63,814 bases of DNA, filler included, from Octopus bimaculoides (GCF_001194135.2; 7 parts of 4 records of this genome joined end to end with filler, not necessarily neighbours in it); one strand, 5' to 3'. Counted from the first letter of the whole stretch, positions 48,715-61,922 are shown. The notes: generated by a model not told the origin, from the letters alone. A program made the numbers and translations.

Positions 48715-48990
48715 ACAATTATTGAATTCATCCATGAAAATCCAGTCACATATAGAAAAATTTATAAGTAAATACACTAAAAAGACCTATAATAAAAATT
48801 CAAAGTAATAAATATTAAAACAATAAAATATTTTATTATTATTTTATTATTTTATTATTTTAATATTTATTACTTTGTTTTTTTATTATAGGTCTTTTTA
48901 ATGTATTTACCTAATAAGTTTGTCTATATGTGACTGTGGATTTTCATGGATGAATTCAATAATTGTGGGTTTTTTTCTCTAAATTATATA
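48715..48990. repeat. ~250-bp AT-rich fold-back sharing a terminal motif with the 28.2-29.4 kb element
   Basis: Arms ~48715-48830 and ~48848-48966; the right end continues gtgggttttttttctctaaattatata. Confidence 0.8.
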
Positions 48991-49355
48991 TTTACATATT
49001 ATATATTGTGAAATTTAATTTAATTTTAATTTTGATAAATTAAATTAAATTGAATATTTACCTGTAAACTTGGATTTTTATCTCTAATATTATTATCATA
49101 ATTATATATATATATATTTCGTATATGAAAATAAGATACCTGATAAAATATTATTGCACGAGAATTGATAAAAAGTGAAACACAAAATCTCGTGAATATA
49201 TGCGTATGTATGTATGTATGTATGGATTTATGCATGCGCGTATGTATGTATAAATATATATATATATGTATATATGCACTTACACACATGCATATGTATT
49301 TATANNNNNNNNNNATATATATATAGTGTATGTATGTATATATACGTACATACAT

Positions 49356-49404
<49 letters not shown>

Positions 49405-49939
49405 CACACACACACACATATATATACATACATATATGTACATACATATATGTACATACATATATAAGAGTCAAATGTTATAAGGTTCATTTCATTACGG
49501 GCTGCTAGTTGTTACTGATGTGTCAAATTGGTTTAACGATGATTCGGGCAAATTGACGGAATAACAAGCATAAAACGTAACAGCTGTTTGCCTTCCACTC
49601 GAGTTTGTCTCTAAGTAGCTTAAATATATTTTATGGCTTTACCAAGCAGTAAAGAAGGGGAGATAAAGAGAAACAATATTATTGAGTGAACGTTACATAA
49701 TGTTATCGCTTTTCTATAGCAGTTTTTTTTTTCTTATCGTGCGTGTTATTATTATTGCTAATAAGCGTAATATAGTTACGGCTCTTTATGAGGTCAGCTT
49801 TGCCTTTCATTCATATGAAGGTGATAAAATGAATAACAAGCCAAGAACTGTACTCGATATATTCGAATGTTCCCTTCCCCTTGAATTTCTGACCTTCTGC
49901 TTACGTCAGAACTGATTGTTAATATGTATTGGTTACAAA

Positions 49940-50140
49940 TTTTGGTAAAGGGTCAGCAACATCTGAAGGAGGGGTAAGTCAATTACATCAATCCCAGTGA
50001 TCAACTTGGTACTCTTTTTATCGACCTCGGAAGGCAAAGTCGACCTCAGCGGAATTTGAACTCAGAACGTAAAGACGGACGAAATGCCGCTAAGCATTAT
50101 GTCTGTCGTGCTAACGATTCTATCAGCTCGCTGCCTTATT
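49940..50140 (-). mobile_element. SINE family A
   Basis: aaggcaaagtcgacctcagcggaatttgaactcagaacgtaaagacggacgaaatgccgctaagc...cagctcgctgcctta. Confidence 0.8.
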
Positions 50141-51284
50141 TGTTAATATATATTAGACGTTCTTTAGTTGTTTTTTTAAAGAAATTTTTGAGTTCAAATC
50201 ACGTTGTGGTTGATTTTATTAATCATACTTCATGAAAAATATGTACCAGCCGAGTTCTAGGTTTAATTTTATCGACCGCAGCTATATATAAAATTGTAAT
50301 AGTGTATGAGTGAATACAAGCATACAACGACGGCTAGTGGGCCGATACTTCGAAGTCACTGTCATGTCACCGTTCTTTTTGTAAGAGCATAAAAAGTCTT
50401 AAAAATTATTGAGTAATTATTCAATTTAATGCTAAATTGTTTTTATTATAACTGAACATAAAAACAAACGTCAATTATATGTATATATATATATATATAT
50501 NNNNNNNNNNNNNNNNNNNNNNNNNNNNNNNNNNNNNNNNNNNNNNNNNNNNNNNNNNNNNNNNNNNNNNNNNNNNNNNNNNNNNNNNNNNNNNNNNNNN
50601 NNNNNNNNNNNNNNNNNNNNNNNNNNNNNNNNNNNNNNNNNNNNNNNNNNNNNNNNNNNNNNNNNNNNNNNNNNNNNNNNNNNNNNNNNNNNNNNNNNNN
50701 NNNNNNNNNNNNNNNNNNNNNNNNNNNNNNNNNNNNNNNNNNNNNNNNNNNNNNNNNNNNNNNNNNNNNNNNNNNNNNNNNNNNNNNNNNNNNNNNNNNN
50801 NNNNNNNNNNNNNNNNNNNNNNNNNNNNNNNNNNNNNNNNNNNNNNNNNNNNNNNNNNNNNNNNNNNNNNNNNNNNNNNNNNNNNNNNNNNNNNNNNNNN
50901 NNNNNNNNNNNNNNNNNNNNNNNNNNNNNNNNNNNNNNNNNNNNNNNNNNNNNNNNNNNNNNNNNNNNNNNNNNNNNNNNNNNNNNNNNNNNNNNNNNNN
51001 NNNNNNNNNNNNNNNNNNNNNNNNNNNNNNNNNNNNNNNNNNNNNNNNNNNNNNNNNNNNNNNNNNNNNNNNNNNNNNNNNNNNNNNNNNNNNNNNNNNN
51101 NNNNNNNNNNNNNNNNNNNNNNNNNNNNNNNNNNNNNNNNNNNNNNNNNNNNNNNNNNNNNNNNNNNNNNNNNNNNNNNNNNNNNNNNNNNNNNNNNNNN
51201 NNNNNNNNNNNNNNNNNNNNNNNNNNNNNNNNNNNNNNNNNNNNNNNNNNNNNNNNNNNNNNNNNNNNNNNNNNNNNNNNNNNN

Positions 51285-51625
51285 AAAGTGTCTTCTACTA
51301 TAGCCTCGGGCTGACCAAAGTCTTGTGAGTGGATTTGGTAGACGGAAACTGAAAGAAGCCCGTCGTATATATGTATATGTATATATGTGTGTGTGTATTT
51401 GTGCGCCTGTGTTTGTCCCCCCCCCCTAGAATTGCTTGACAACCGATGGTGGTGTGTTTATGTCCCCGTCACTGAGCGGTTCGGCAAAATAGACCGATAG
51501 AATAAGTACTAGGCTTACAAAGAATAAGTCCCGGGGTCGATTTGCTCGACTAAAGGCGGTGCTCCAGCATGGCCGCAGTCAAATGACTGAAACAAGTAAA
51601 AGAGTAAAAAAAGAGTAAAGAGTAA
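51285..51625 (+). mobile_element. SINE family B, young, head in N gap
   Basis: aagtgtcttctactatagcctcggg...gtcgatttgctcgactaaaggcggtgctccagcatggccgcagtcaaatgactgaaacaagtaaaagag. Confidence 0.9.
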
Positions 51626-51829
51626 TGGCACTAATCGTGTTGCCCCGGCATGGCTACAACCACTGGCTGAAACCAATAACAGAGTAAAAACAAAATATAA
51701 ATACATATATATCTAAACGTACAAATATAAATATGCATACATGCATTGTCACAATAGATACGTACATATACTTAGATGCATACTCTTTGACTGTTTAACA
51801 TCTTTCTGGTTTAAAGCTGCGGTCATGTT

Positions 51830-52140
51830 GGGGCACCATCGTTGGCTGTGCTTCACCATTATTTGAAGTCTCCTTTGATATGTGGAATTTGGTGAAGTGG
51901 GGAATTGAAGTTGCTGCTCTCATCTGCGTTTCCTGCGGTGAGGTAGGCTCATCTGGAACCCCTGACTGGAGAAGATGCAGTTTTGCTTTGACGACAACTA
52001 CATCCACACCATGCAGGTCTCTCAGGCATTTTGCAGGGATATTGAAGATTTGTGAGGTCTTGAAACACAAGCTGTTGCAGTATCTGGTTCTGTGTTTTGA
52101 TGGCGATGTTGGGATGTTTGGTACTATGCAATGGTGCCCT
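51830..52140 (-). pseudogene. CR1-group LINE ORF2 C-terminal fragment
   Basis: HCIVPNIPTSPSKHRTRYCNSLCFKTSQIFNIPAKCLRDLHGVDVVVVKAKLHLLQSGVPDEP: the N-S-x4-x-Q/R-L/I-F-N-x-(L)P...F/V-K-x-K-L-D...V-P-D-E-P pattern. Confidence 0.7.
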
Positions 52141-52229
52141 ACACATACATATATACATAAGCATGTACAAAAAAATTCAAACATGCACATATATGTCTAT
52201 ATATGTATATCTATATCCATATATATATC

Positions 52230-52261
<32 letters not shown>

Positions 52262-52490
52262 GACAAAATGGCTGATATTTAGCAAGGTGAGACACACATA
52301 AGAAGGAAGGAAACAAAGGACCACTGATGAGGTCACAGAAGTGTGACGAAAGAACTCTGGCCGAAATAAGATTAAGATTAATGTAATATAAAGCTGAAGC
52401 AAATTAACACCAAATATACAGTGCGTGTGTTTTTATTGGCTAAACTGGCAATATGACCATCCCCAAGTACAACAATATATATATATATAT

Positions 52491-52590
52491 NNNNNNNNNN
52501 NNNNNNNNNNNNNNNNNNNNNNNNNNNNNNNNNNTTAATTAATTAANNNNNNNNNNNNNNNNNNNNNNNNNNNNNNNNNNNNNNNNNNNN
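52491..52590. other. Artificial scaffold linker
   Basis: 44N-TTAATTAATTAA-44N. Confidence 0.95.
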
Positions 52591-52852
52591 CCTATCATAG
52601 TAGGTGCCTTAGGTATAATAAAAAAATATTCAGACAAATACATAACAAAAACACCAGGACTTACAAATATATATAACATACAGAAAATTGCACTACTGGG
52701 TACTGCACACATTCTACGAAAAACACTTTCAATACAGTAAACATAAGAGCACCACAGCAAACCACAGCACATACCCAAGGCGCACAGAGCTGCGCTCGGT
52801 AGTGAAGTGAAAGCACGTTATAAAAATAAAACTACTGAATAATAATAATAAT
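52591..52852 (+). mobile_element. Dong/R4-clade LINE 3' end (ORF C-terminus, 3' UTR, (AAT)n tail)
   Basis: PIIVGALGIIKKYSDKYITKTPGLTNIYNIQKIALLGTAHILRKTLSIQ* (stop ends at 52740); VGALG and QKxALLGTAxILR are R4/Dong signatures. Confidence 0.85.
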
Positions 52853-52854
52853 AG

Positions 52855-53217
52855 TGATAATGAGAATAGGAAGCCGGATATAGTCTTAATTGAGAAAGAA
52901 ATCAAACTATGCTGGATCATAGACATATCACGCCCAGCTGACAACAAGGTATGCGATAAGCAAGAAAGAAAAGTCGAGAGACATGACAGGTTAGCTTGGG
53001 AAGTTAAGCAGTTGTGGTCAATGAAAAAAGTAGCAGTAGTACCAATAACTGTCGGAGCCCTTGCAGAAAACAGCACTGCTTGGAACCGCTGGAATACTCC
53101 GGAAGGCGCTCGAAAATAAGAGGTGTTACCTCAGTTTAATGGTAGAGAACAGCTGACACTGTAGTACATCTCCAGCGTTAGAAGCTGTGCAAAGGCAATA
53201 ATAATAACAACAACAAC

Positions 53218-53245
<28 letters not shown>
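52855..53245 (+). mobile_element. Second Dong/R4-like family fragment (RLE domain, internally deleted) with (AAT)n tail
   Basis: ENRKPDIVLIEKEIKLCWIIDISRPADNKVCDKQERKVERHDRLAWEVKQLWSMKKVAVVPITVGAL, then QKTALLGTAGILRKAL. Confidence 0.8.
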
Positions 53246-53252
<7 letters not shown>

Positions 53253-54916
53253 TAACAGTAATGTTACTAGTATTTATAGTGGAATATTATGGTACTTCTT
53301 CCCCTTTTCTTCCTGTGTTAAGTTCCTGCTGGTCTTAGCCTATAAGCCAGCTTTAAATTCCACTTGAAATAATCTCGCTTCAATTACAGCATAATTGTTT
53401 GAACTAACAAGAGAAACTTCTGTGCAGTGAGTGGATCTGGTAGGGATTATATATATATATATATATTACAGAAAATTAACATTACTGTATACAGTCGTAG
53501 ATACGGCTAGAATATATAAAGTTTACACCGTGGAGATTGGTTCTTTTAGATAAGAGATGACCTAGGCCCGATCAACTGCACCACCTTCATAAAGTAGAAA
53601 ATAAAATTTTGCCAAGGGCACGATATATCCTTATAATATCAAGTAATTAAACAAGATGTGAAATACCTTCTAGTATTCAAAGCCTTTCACCATGTGGTGC
53701 TATAACTCCACATCTTATCCGCTGTCAGAAATTTCGCCGCATTGGAAATTTCGCCATATAGGCCATGATAAAACGTATCACATTTGCAATGTTTAAAGCA
53801 AAAAAGCAGAAAAAGAATGATAAAATGTTTTATAAAAGTATTAACTAAGCAAGACTTTATTAAACATCGAACATTAAAAGAAAAAAAAAAAAGAAAACGT
53901 GATGACGTAATTTAAAACGAAATTTCTTATAGCGAATATTCTTACGGCTAAAATGTTTACGGCAAAATTTCCTATAACCACCCCCGCTCAAGATTTTGTC
54001 TTCAAGAATTCATAATATTTCACACTAAATAGATATTGTAAAACAATATTGTTAGATTCAAGATGTGAGACTGCAACAATTCTCAATGGAAGATACATTG
54101 CTCTCCCACGCTTAGACAAAGATACAAATAACTTTCAATTTCAATTTAACGCGACTTTCAGATCTGGAGGGGCGCTGGCAACAGACTTCACAGTAACTAC
54201 TTAGAACTCGCTCTTGTTGGAGTCGGTTATGGTTATTAATTTATCAATATCTGGATTTTTCATCTGGATATTGATAAATTAATTACCAGTCAAATACTGA
54301 CGCTGGCCTAAGAGATTATGTTCCGACATGTAAAAGTCAATAAAGTGAACCTATTTGTGGTAAAAAGAAATCCTGGTAAAAATAGCAGCTAAAACACAAT
54401 TTAGTTCTTTTCAAATTTTGACAATAAACCTGGACACTCACCGCTGCAAAAACAAGTGATCATAGGCCACATTTGTGGAGGTTTGAGGGTAAATGTTAGT
54501 CATTTACCTAATTCCACTGATTATACATTTCAATTGAACAAAATATACAATTTCTTGCATGAATTTTGCAATGTAGATTCACCCATTTCACTTCATTTCA
54601 CTTCATTGTTCACCATATTTCCATCTTACATTTCCCATATGAACGTTGATGACACAATCTATTGCCATCCTTGCATATTCTCGTAAAACATCTTAATGCG
54701 ACATTCACATTAACATTGACAAACATGAAAACCACCTGAGGACACGAGGGAGAGTTTATGTGGTCTGTTGGCTTGCTAAAATTAGCAAATTAGCAAATAT
54801 TCCCCTAATGCTCATCTTAACTATCTTAAGAATATTGAAAAATATAATTCTGAATTCGCTGTAACAAAAGTTATTATTAAAATAATATTTGTTGCTTGAA
54901 GAACTTCGATCATACA

Positions 54917-55345
54917 AGGCGACGAGCTGGCAGAAACGTTAGCACACCGGGCGAAATGCCTACCTGTATTTCGTCTGCCGTTACGTCCAGAGCTCAAATT
55001 CCGCCGAGGTCGACTTTGTCTTTCATTCTTTCGGGGTCGATAAATTAAGTACCAGTTACGCACTGGAGGCGATTTAGTCGACTTAATCCGTTTGTCTGTC
55101 CTTGTTTGTCCTTTCCGTCTGTAGCCCCTTGTAGGCAATAAAGAAATAAGAAACGTTAGCACGCCGGGCGAAATGCTTAGCGGTATTTCGTCTGCCGTTA
55201 GGTTCTGAGTTCAAATTTCGCCGAGGTCGACTTTACCTTTCATCCTTTCGGGGTCGAAAAATTAAGTACCAGTTGCGTGCTAGGGTCAATCTAATCGACT
55301 GGCACCCTCGCGAAAATTTCGGGCCTTGTGCCTAGAGTAGAAAAG
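54917..55345 (+). mobile_element. Two head-to-tail young SINE family A copies
   Basis: aaggcgacgagctggcagaaacgttagcacaccgggcgaaatg...; the second copy starts at 55150 directly after the first tail. Confidence 0.9.
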
Positions 55346-55371
55346 AGTAATATTGATCATATCTCTCATCA

Positions 55372-55625
55372 GTGGAGGCGCGTGGCTTAGTGGTATTGTT
55401 GTCGGAATCATGAACGCACGATTGAGGTTTCGATTCTTGGAATGGGTGAAGCGTTGCGTTCTTGAGCAAAACTCTTCGTTTCACGTTGCTCCAGTCCACT
55501 CAGCTGGCAAAAATGAGTAATCGTGCGACGGATCGGCGTCCCGTCCAGGTGGGGAATTTATACGCCACTGAAATCGGGGCCCCATTTGGGCCTGGCATGA
55601 CTCGAGAAGAATACCGGGTGTCAAC
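55372..55625 (+). mobile_element. SINE family D
   Basis: gtggaggcgcgtggcttagtggt...cttgagcaaaactcttcgtttcacgttgctccagtccactcagctggcaaaaatgagt. Confidence 0.7.
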
Positions 55626-56134
55626 GAAAGGAAATGGAACAATAAAATAACATCTATAATGATACGAAGCACTCGTAGTTTAACTGTGTTGTCATTGCGT
55701 TTTAGTATGGACGTTATGACGATGGTACTTATTTATCTGTCGTGGATCGAATATCTTGGCTGTAACTAGAAAGCAGCACTGATACTAGGAATCGAATTCG
55801 TTACTGTCATTTGAACAATCTGATGTACAACCTGATGTCTTTTATCTTGTACTTCGCTCGATCATTGGACAACGGACATTCTGGGGAACATGGAGGGCTT
55901 ACTCGAACGAATCGGCCCAGTTCTTATTCTGCCGGATTTTCTTTCTGCAGAGACGATAATTTACTGAGATGCAAACAAATCAATGCCAAGCGGTCCTGGG
56001 ACAAGCACAAACACGAAGGCCAACGCGCGCGGGCACACCCATATGTATACATTAATACATGCATACATACATATATATGTACGTACATCTATACCGACAG
56101 ACAGACAAGCAGACAGGCAGGCAAATAGATAGAT

Positions 56135-56280
56135 AAATAAATAGTTTCCGTCTACCAAATTTGTTCGCAGGGTTTTCGTCGGAGCAGGCTATAGCAGAGA
56201 ATATTCGACCCAGATGCTTCGCAGTGGGATTGAACTCGAAACAACGAAAGTGGCTTGGAAGCAAGCTTCTTACCACAGAG
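56135..56280 (-). mobile_element. SINE family B head, degraded
   Basis: agtttccgtctaccaaat...ggctatagcagagaa...gcagtgggattgaactc...ggaagcaagcttctaccac. Confidence 0.7.
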
Positions 56281-57009
56281 TTTTCGTTTACCTTTATGAT
56301 TTATGCTGTCATTTTGATACATTTTATCCCTGTTCTTGCAGAAATAAGGCCAAAGTCGTTCCATTAAAACCATATCATTGCCCTTAATTCTTCCTGGATT
56401 GACAAATGAAATACACCTCAAGGGTGATAAACACTGATTGAACCATCGATATAACATTGGGTAGGATGAAATTTTATGCTTGTACCGGCTGTCTGAGTTC
56501 AATCCTGCAGCGGGTTCTTCGGTGGATTTCATAATCCCTTACTCAACGTGATGCCGCTACCCAGATGGATTTTGGATGCCTTTACAGGGAACAAGAGATT
56601 TCGAAGCATTCCGGGAGTGTGTCCACCTAGCGGATAGTTTCGTCCCTGTTTTCCGCCAGTCGCTGAGACACTGTGAATGAGCATTCCCACTCGAGTAAGG
56701 TAAAAAAAAAAACACAATCCAGAGCTGAATAGACCTTTTCCTCCGTTCTCTAAAACTCTGATAGATGAGGCTACTACACATAGTTTTCTGTCTGTAACCC
56801 GAAGAATTTGATCTGTAAATAAAATAGGATTATTCGAAAAGGAAATTAAACATAGAGTACAAACTAAGACAACCGTGAGCTAAGCACTTCGCCCCTCTCT
56901 TTCTTCCTCTCCCTCACTGAAGTAGAAGAGGAAAATGTATAGAGAAAATGAAGCAATTAAAATACTTGCGGTTGTAGTCGTAAGAGGAGAAGGGGAGGAA
57001 GGAAAGGGG

Positions 57010-57177
57010 GACGATGACGACGATGAAGATGACTATGATAATGATGGGGGAAGGGCGTAAGGATGATGATGATGATGGTGACGGTGATGATGATGATGAT
57101 GATGATGATGACGATGACGACGAAGAAGAACAAAACGAAAGAAGAAAAAGAGGAGGAAGAAACAGTAGTAGTAGAAA

Positions 57178-57210
<33 letters not shown>

Positions 57211-57335
57211 CTGCAGCAGCAGCAACAGAAGAAGAAGAAGAAGAAGAAGAAAAAGAAAAAGAAGGAAAAGAAGAAGGAGAAGCAGAAGAAGAAGAAGAAG
57301 AAGAAGAAGAAGAAGAGGAAGGCGAAGAAGAAACG
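57010..57335. repeat. Compound trinucleotide microsatellite (GAT)n-(TAG)n-(GCA)n-(GAA)n
   Basis: Direct inspection; it explains the low-complexity ORFs in this span. Confidence 0.9.
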
Positions 57336-57648
57336 GAATATAAGTATTTGACTGAATTATGTAATTATAATTTCGAGAAAATGCAATGCATCTTAATTAC
57401 GTTAAAAACCAGAAATCGGTATTTGCCTAAATTCCAGTGCTTCTTCTTAATGAAATAAATGAGAGAGCCCCATGCATTAGCCTTGTAATTAATGATGTAT
57501 GGACTCCACACGCGAAGCTGCTTACACTCTGCAAATACAGCAGATTTTTAATTTTCATTCCCAGCACGATACATGCAGCCAGTTCCACTTTAATCATCAT
57601 TTGTTTACTATTACAAACTTCTGTTAAGTGTATATACATATATATATA

Positions 57649-57748
57649 NNNNNNNNNNNNNNNNNNNNNNNNNNNNNNNNNNNNNNNNNNNNTTAATTAA
57701 TTAANNNNNNNNNNNNNNNNNNNNNNNNNNNNNNNNNNNNNNNNNNNN
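57649..57748. other. Artificial scaffold linker
   Basis: 44N-TTAATTAATTAA-44N. Confidence 0.95.
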
Positions 57749-57962
57749 GGCGTTGTGAGCGTTTTTTGAACGAAAACACCTAGAGTTCCACGAGGCTCCG
57801 GCAGGGGATGGTGGCGAACCCTGCTGTACTCTTCCACCACAACTTTCTCTCACTCTTACTTCCTGTTTCTGTTGTGCCTGTAATTGAAAGGGGTCAGCCT
57901 TGTCACACTGTGTCACGCTGAATATCCCCGAGAACTACGTTAAGGGGTACACGTGTCTGTGG
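57749..57962 (+). mobile_element. Interspersed repeat, probably a LINE 3' UTR fragment
   Basis: GC-richer CpG-intact block (agagttccacgaggctccggcaggggatggtgg...cgctgaatatccccgagaactacgttaagg) that I recall as a common octopus repeat; family not verified. Confidence 0.4.
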
Positions 57963-58355
57963 GGACAGATATTCTAATGTCAAAAATAGTCGAGAGTAAG
58001 ATCGAATATTTAAAGTTGTTTCACAACATAATTAAAGGATTCGTTGGTGATCCGAACAGCGCATGTCTTCGGCAAGTGTTTCCACGACAACGTACCATAC
58101 GAAGAAAACTGGCTAGACGGAAATCTCGTGGAAAATTTGTCGGACGTAGATTATACCTGTGATTTAAAGAGTCTGGTTTATGTGTTAAATATATCGAACT
58201 GAGAGAATCCGAGGATTATTTCCAAAGACTATGTCTTTGGAATACTCAATCATCTAGACACTACAGTTCAATGTGGAAGCAGTTCTGTTATTCACTGAAA
58301 AAGTGATACAGCCATCGATAAAGAAGACGCGTGATCAATTTACCACAAATATATG

Positions 58356-58417
<62 letters not shown>

Positions 58418-58771
58418 TAGACGAAATCTTATTTAATACACTCTTAGCCGCACTGACAAATACACATACAATTTCTCTTTGGCTACGTCTCTGTTACCAC
58501 CACCCACAAACGCACACACACACACACACACACATGCTGACACATACAGATGTGTTTGTAACACTATAACTCTCACAAATATACACAGATGCATACACAG
58601 ACTCCTTCCACACTCAGACACACAGACAAGCACAAATACAATCTCTGTTCTTCTGTCTGTCTGTCTGTCTCCCTCACTCTCTCTTCCTCTCTTTCTCTCT
58701 CACACACACCAAACACACATACACACACACATACACACTGGCATACACACATATGTAAACGCACACTCAAT

Positions 58772-58814
<43 letters not shown>

Positions 58815-59899
58815 CCAGATACTCATACAAACATCTACTCATGGCATTTTCTTTTCTTTTTTTTTTTCAAAAATGAAGAAACCATTTAAATGGTTTACGG
58901 AAATAGCACAAATTACCATCGATCAGTATCGATTTGTGCTTTAGAAAGAGCGGCACAGATTTACAGGAACACTGGGCGACAGAGTTGATTAGATGGAGCC
59001 CAATATAATAGATGCCGATATCGTATCGACCCTGGAGCGGAAGGAAGCCAAAATAATATAAGTCNNNNNNNNNNNNNNNNNNNNNNNNNNNNNNNNNNNN
59101 NNNNNNNNNNNNNNNNNNNNNNNNNNNNNNNNNNNNNNNNNNNNNNNNNNNNNNNNNNNNNNNNNNNNNNNNNNNNNNNNNNNNNNNNNNNNNNNNNNNN
59201 NNNNNNNNNNNNNNNNNNNNNNNNNNNNNNNNNNNNNNNNNNNNNNNNNNNNNNNNNNNNNNNNNNNNNNNNNNNNNNNNNNNNNNNNNNNNNNNNNNNN
59301 NNNNNNNNNNNNNNNNNNNNNNNNNNNNNNNNNNNNNNNNNNNNNNNNNNNNNNNNNNNNNNNNNNNNNNNNNNNNNNNNNNNNNNNNNNNNNNNNNNNN
59401 NNNNNNNNNNNNNNNNNNNNNNNNNNNNNNNNNNNNNNNNNNNNNNNNNNNNNNNNNNNNNNNNNNNNNNNNNNNNNNNNNNNNNNNNNNNNNNNNNNNN
59501 NNNNNNNNNNNNNNNNNNNNNNNNNNNNNNNNNNNNNNNNNNNNNNNNNNNNNNNNNNNNNNNNNNNNNNNNNNNNNNNNNNNNNNNNNNNNNNNNNNNN
59601 NNNNNNNNNNNNNNNNNNNNNNNNNNNNNNNNNNNNNNNNNNNNNNNNNNNNNNNNNNNNNNNNNNNNNNNNNNNNNNNNNNNNNNNNNNNNNNNNNNNN
59701 NNNNNNNNNNNNNNNNNNNNNNNNNNNNNNNNNNNNNNNNNNNNNNNNNNNNNNNNNNNNNNNNNNNNNNNNNNNNNNNNNNNNNNNNNNNNNNNNNNNN
59801 NNNNNNNNNNNNNNNNNNNNNNNNNNNNNNNNNNNNNNNNNNNNNNNNNNNNNNNNNNNNNNNNNNNNNNNNNNNNTATATATAGGGTATGTGTGTGTG

Positions 59900-60020
59900 T
59901 GTGTGTGTGTGCTTGTGTTTGACCCATCTCTATTTGACAACCGGTGCTTGCTTATTTACGTCCCAGTAACTTAGCGGCTCAGCAAAACGACGCGATAGAA
60001 TAGATATTTGGCTTTGAAAA
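59900..60020 (+). mobile_element. SINE family B 3' fragment
   Basis: ttgacaaccggtgcttgcttatttacgtcccagtaacttagcggctcagcaaaa...gatagaata. Confidence 0.65.
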
Positions 60021-60154
60021 ATAGACACACACACACACACACGCACGCACACACACACATATATATATATAGTTAGATAAACACATGCATGCGTATAGAA
60101 ACTTATGCAGATAGACATGTAAATAGACAGACTAACAGGTAGATATACAGACAA

Positions 60155-60191
<37 letters not shown>

Positions 60192-60917
60192 AAACTTTAA
60201 TATATAAAGCACAAAGAGACACCAGTAGCCGCAGCAGCAGCAGCAGCCGCAGTAGCAGCCGTAGCATCAATGCGCTGCATGTAGGTAGACATATTGACGA
60301 CGCTTGTGTGATGGAGACGGAAGTGATGTCCAACAATCCGGTCCGAAAATAGAGGCGGTTATTTAATAATTCCTGGAAGTCTTTCTAAAATTAACCAAAC
60401 AAGCTGAACTTGACAAGAATCTTTTCGTTGTGCTTCTTTTGGACTGTGCAGTATCGGGGAAAATCGATTACCTTCCAACATTTACTTCTAATATTGTTTG
60501 TGTGTGTATGTGTGTGTGTGAGTGTGTTTGTGTGTGTGTGTTTGAGTGAAGGAGAGAGAGAGAGAGAGATTGTTCGTGTATGTCTGTAAAAGTACCTCTG
60601 TGTGTTTGTGACGTGTATGTACGTGTGTTTATGAATGTGTGTGTATGTGTAAAAATGTGTGCGTATACACACATGCATACGCACATACGTGTGTGTCTGA
60701 ATGAGTGTGTGAATGTATAGTTGTACGTTGAAGGGTGAGGAAATATTTTTCGTAAAATGTTCCTCGTTTCTTATTTTGTTATTTTTTTGGTTTTACTATT
60801 TTAGCGGTTTATTTAATAAATTTTACATTTTTTTTAACGATTATATTTCTGGTAATTATTAGTTTGTTATTTTTTACATTTTACTTGTAGTTTTTACTCT
60901 CTTTGTGTTTGGGACAA

Positions 60918-60963
<46 letters not shown>

Positions 60964-60986
60964 GGCTTTCATCTTTCGAATCTCAA

Positions 60987-61024
<38 letters not shown>

Positions 61025-61128
61025 ATATCTATCTATAGATATATATTCCATATTCTATACCCCACATTGGTTCTGCAGGAATATAAATAAAACATAAAAA
61101 ACAGACAGTGTTGGAACTCTTTTAAACT

Positions 61129-61163
<35 letters not shown>

Positions 61164-61922
61164 TGTTGCTTTCATTGCACCACAGTAAAAATCACTTATC
61201 CACATTTCGTTCTTCCCACATTATCTCTGAAGATGGCCACAACTGCGATCGAAAGTTCAACTAAACTCCACTTAATACCTTGGGCTTTGCGCTACAGCTG
61301 CTTCTCTCGATTGACCAGAGGAAATTCCTTTTATTTGTTCGTGTTTTACTTCAAATATGACATCGCAACCTTAAACAAGTCAAGCAACTCAATGCTAGGA
61401 TTATAATTTACCGGATTGTTCAATTACGTTGGTAGTTGTACGGAATTATTGGATTACTGGATTACCACACTATGATGCTTTGTTTAAGAATTCCTGTTTC
61501 TAAATCTCGAATATTCTCTGGAATCTCAAACCCATAAGGCAGCTGGAGACGTAGATTGAGCGAACCAGTCAGTATTGTGGAATTGTACTTGTTGCAGTTT
61601 GAGTCATGCCATCATCATCATCATCGTCATCGTCATCATCATCGTCATCATCATCATCATCATCATCGTCATCACCATCATCGTCGTCGTCGTCGTCGTC
61701 GTCGTCATCATCATCAACGCCTGGGCATCATCTCGCGTTGTTAGACTCATAAGGTCGAACGTCCGGTTTCCGAGAAGTCATTTCCAGTCAGCATGGTGCG
61801 AATCCGCCGTCACTGGAGACCTCCTTTACAGCCGAACGGACTGGAACAAATGTGAAGTGGAGTGTTTTTCCTCACGAGCACATATCACTGCTCTGTTTGG
61901 GAGACGAAACCATGACCTTGCC

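Noticed and set aside
55811-56128. 105-aa ORF and a protein-like alternate frame (DILGNMEGLLERIGPVLILPD)
   Set aside because: No consistent splice sites or homology, and it ends in microsatellite.
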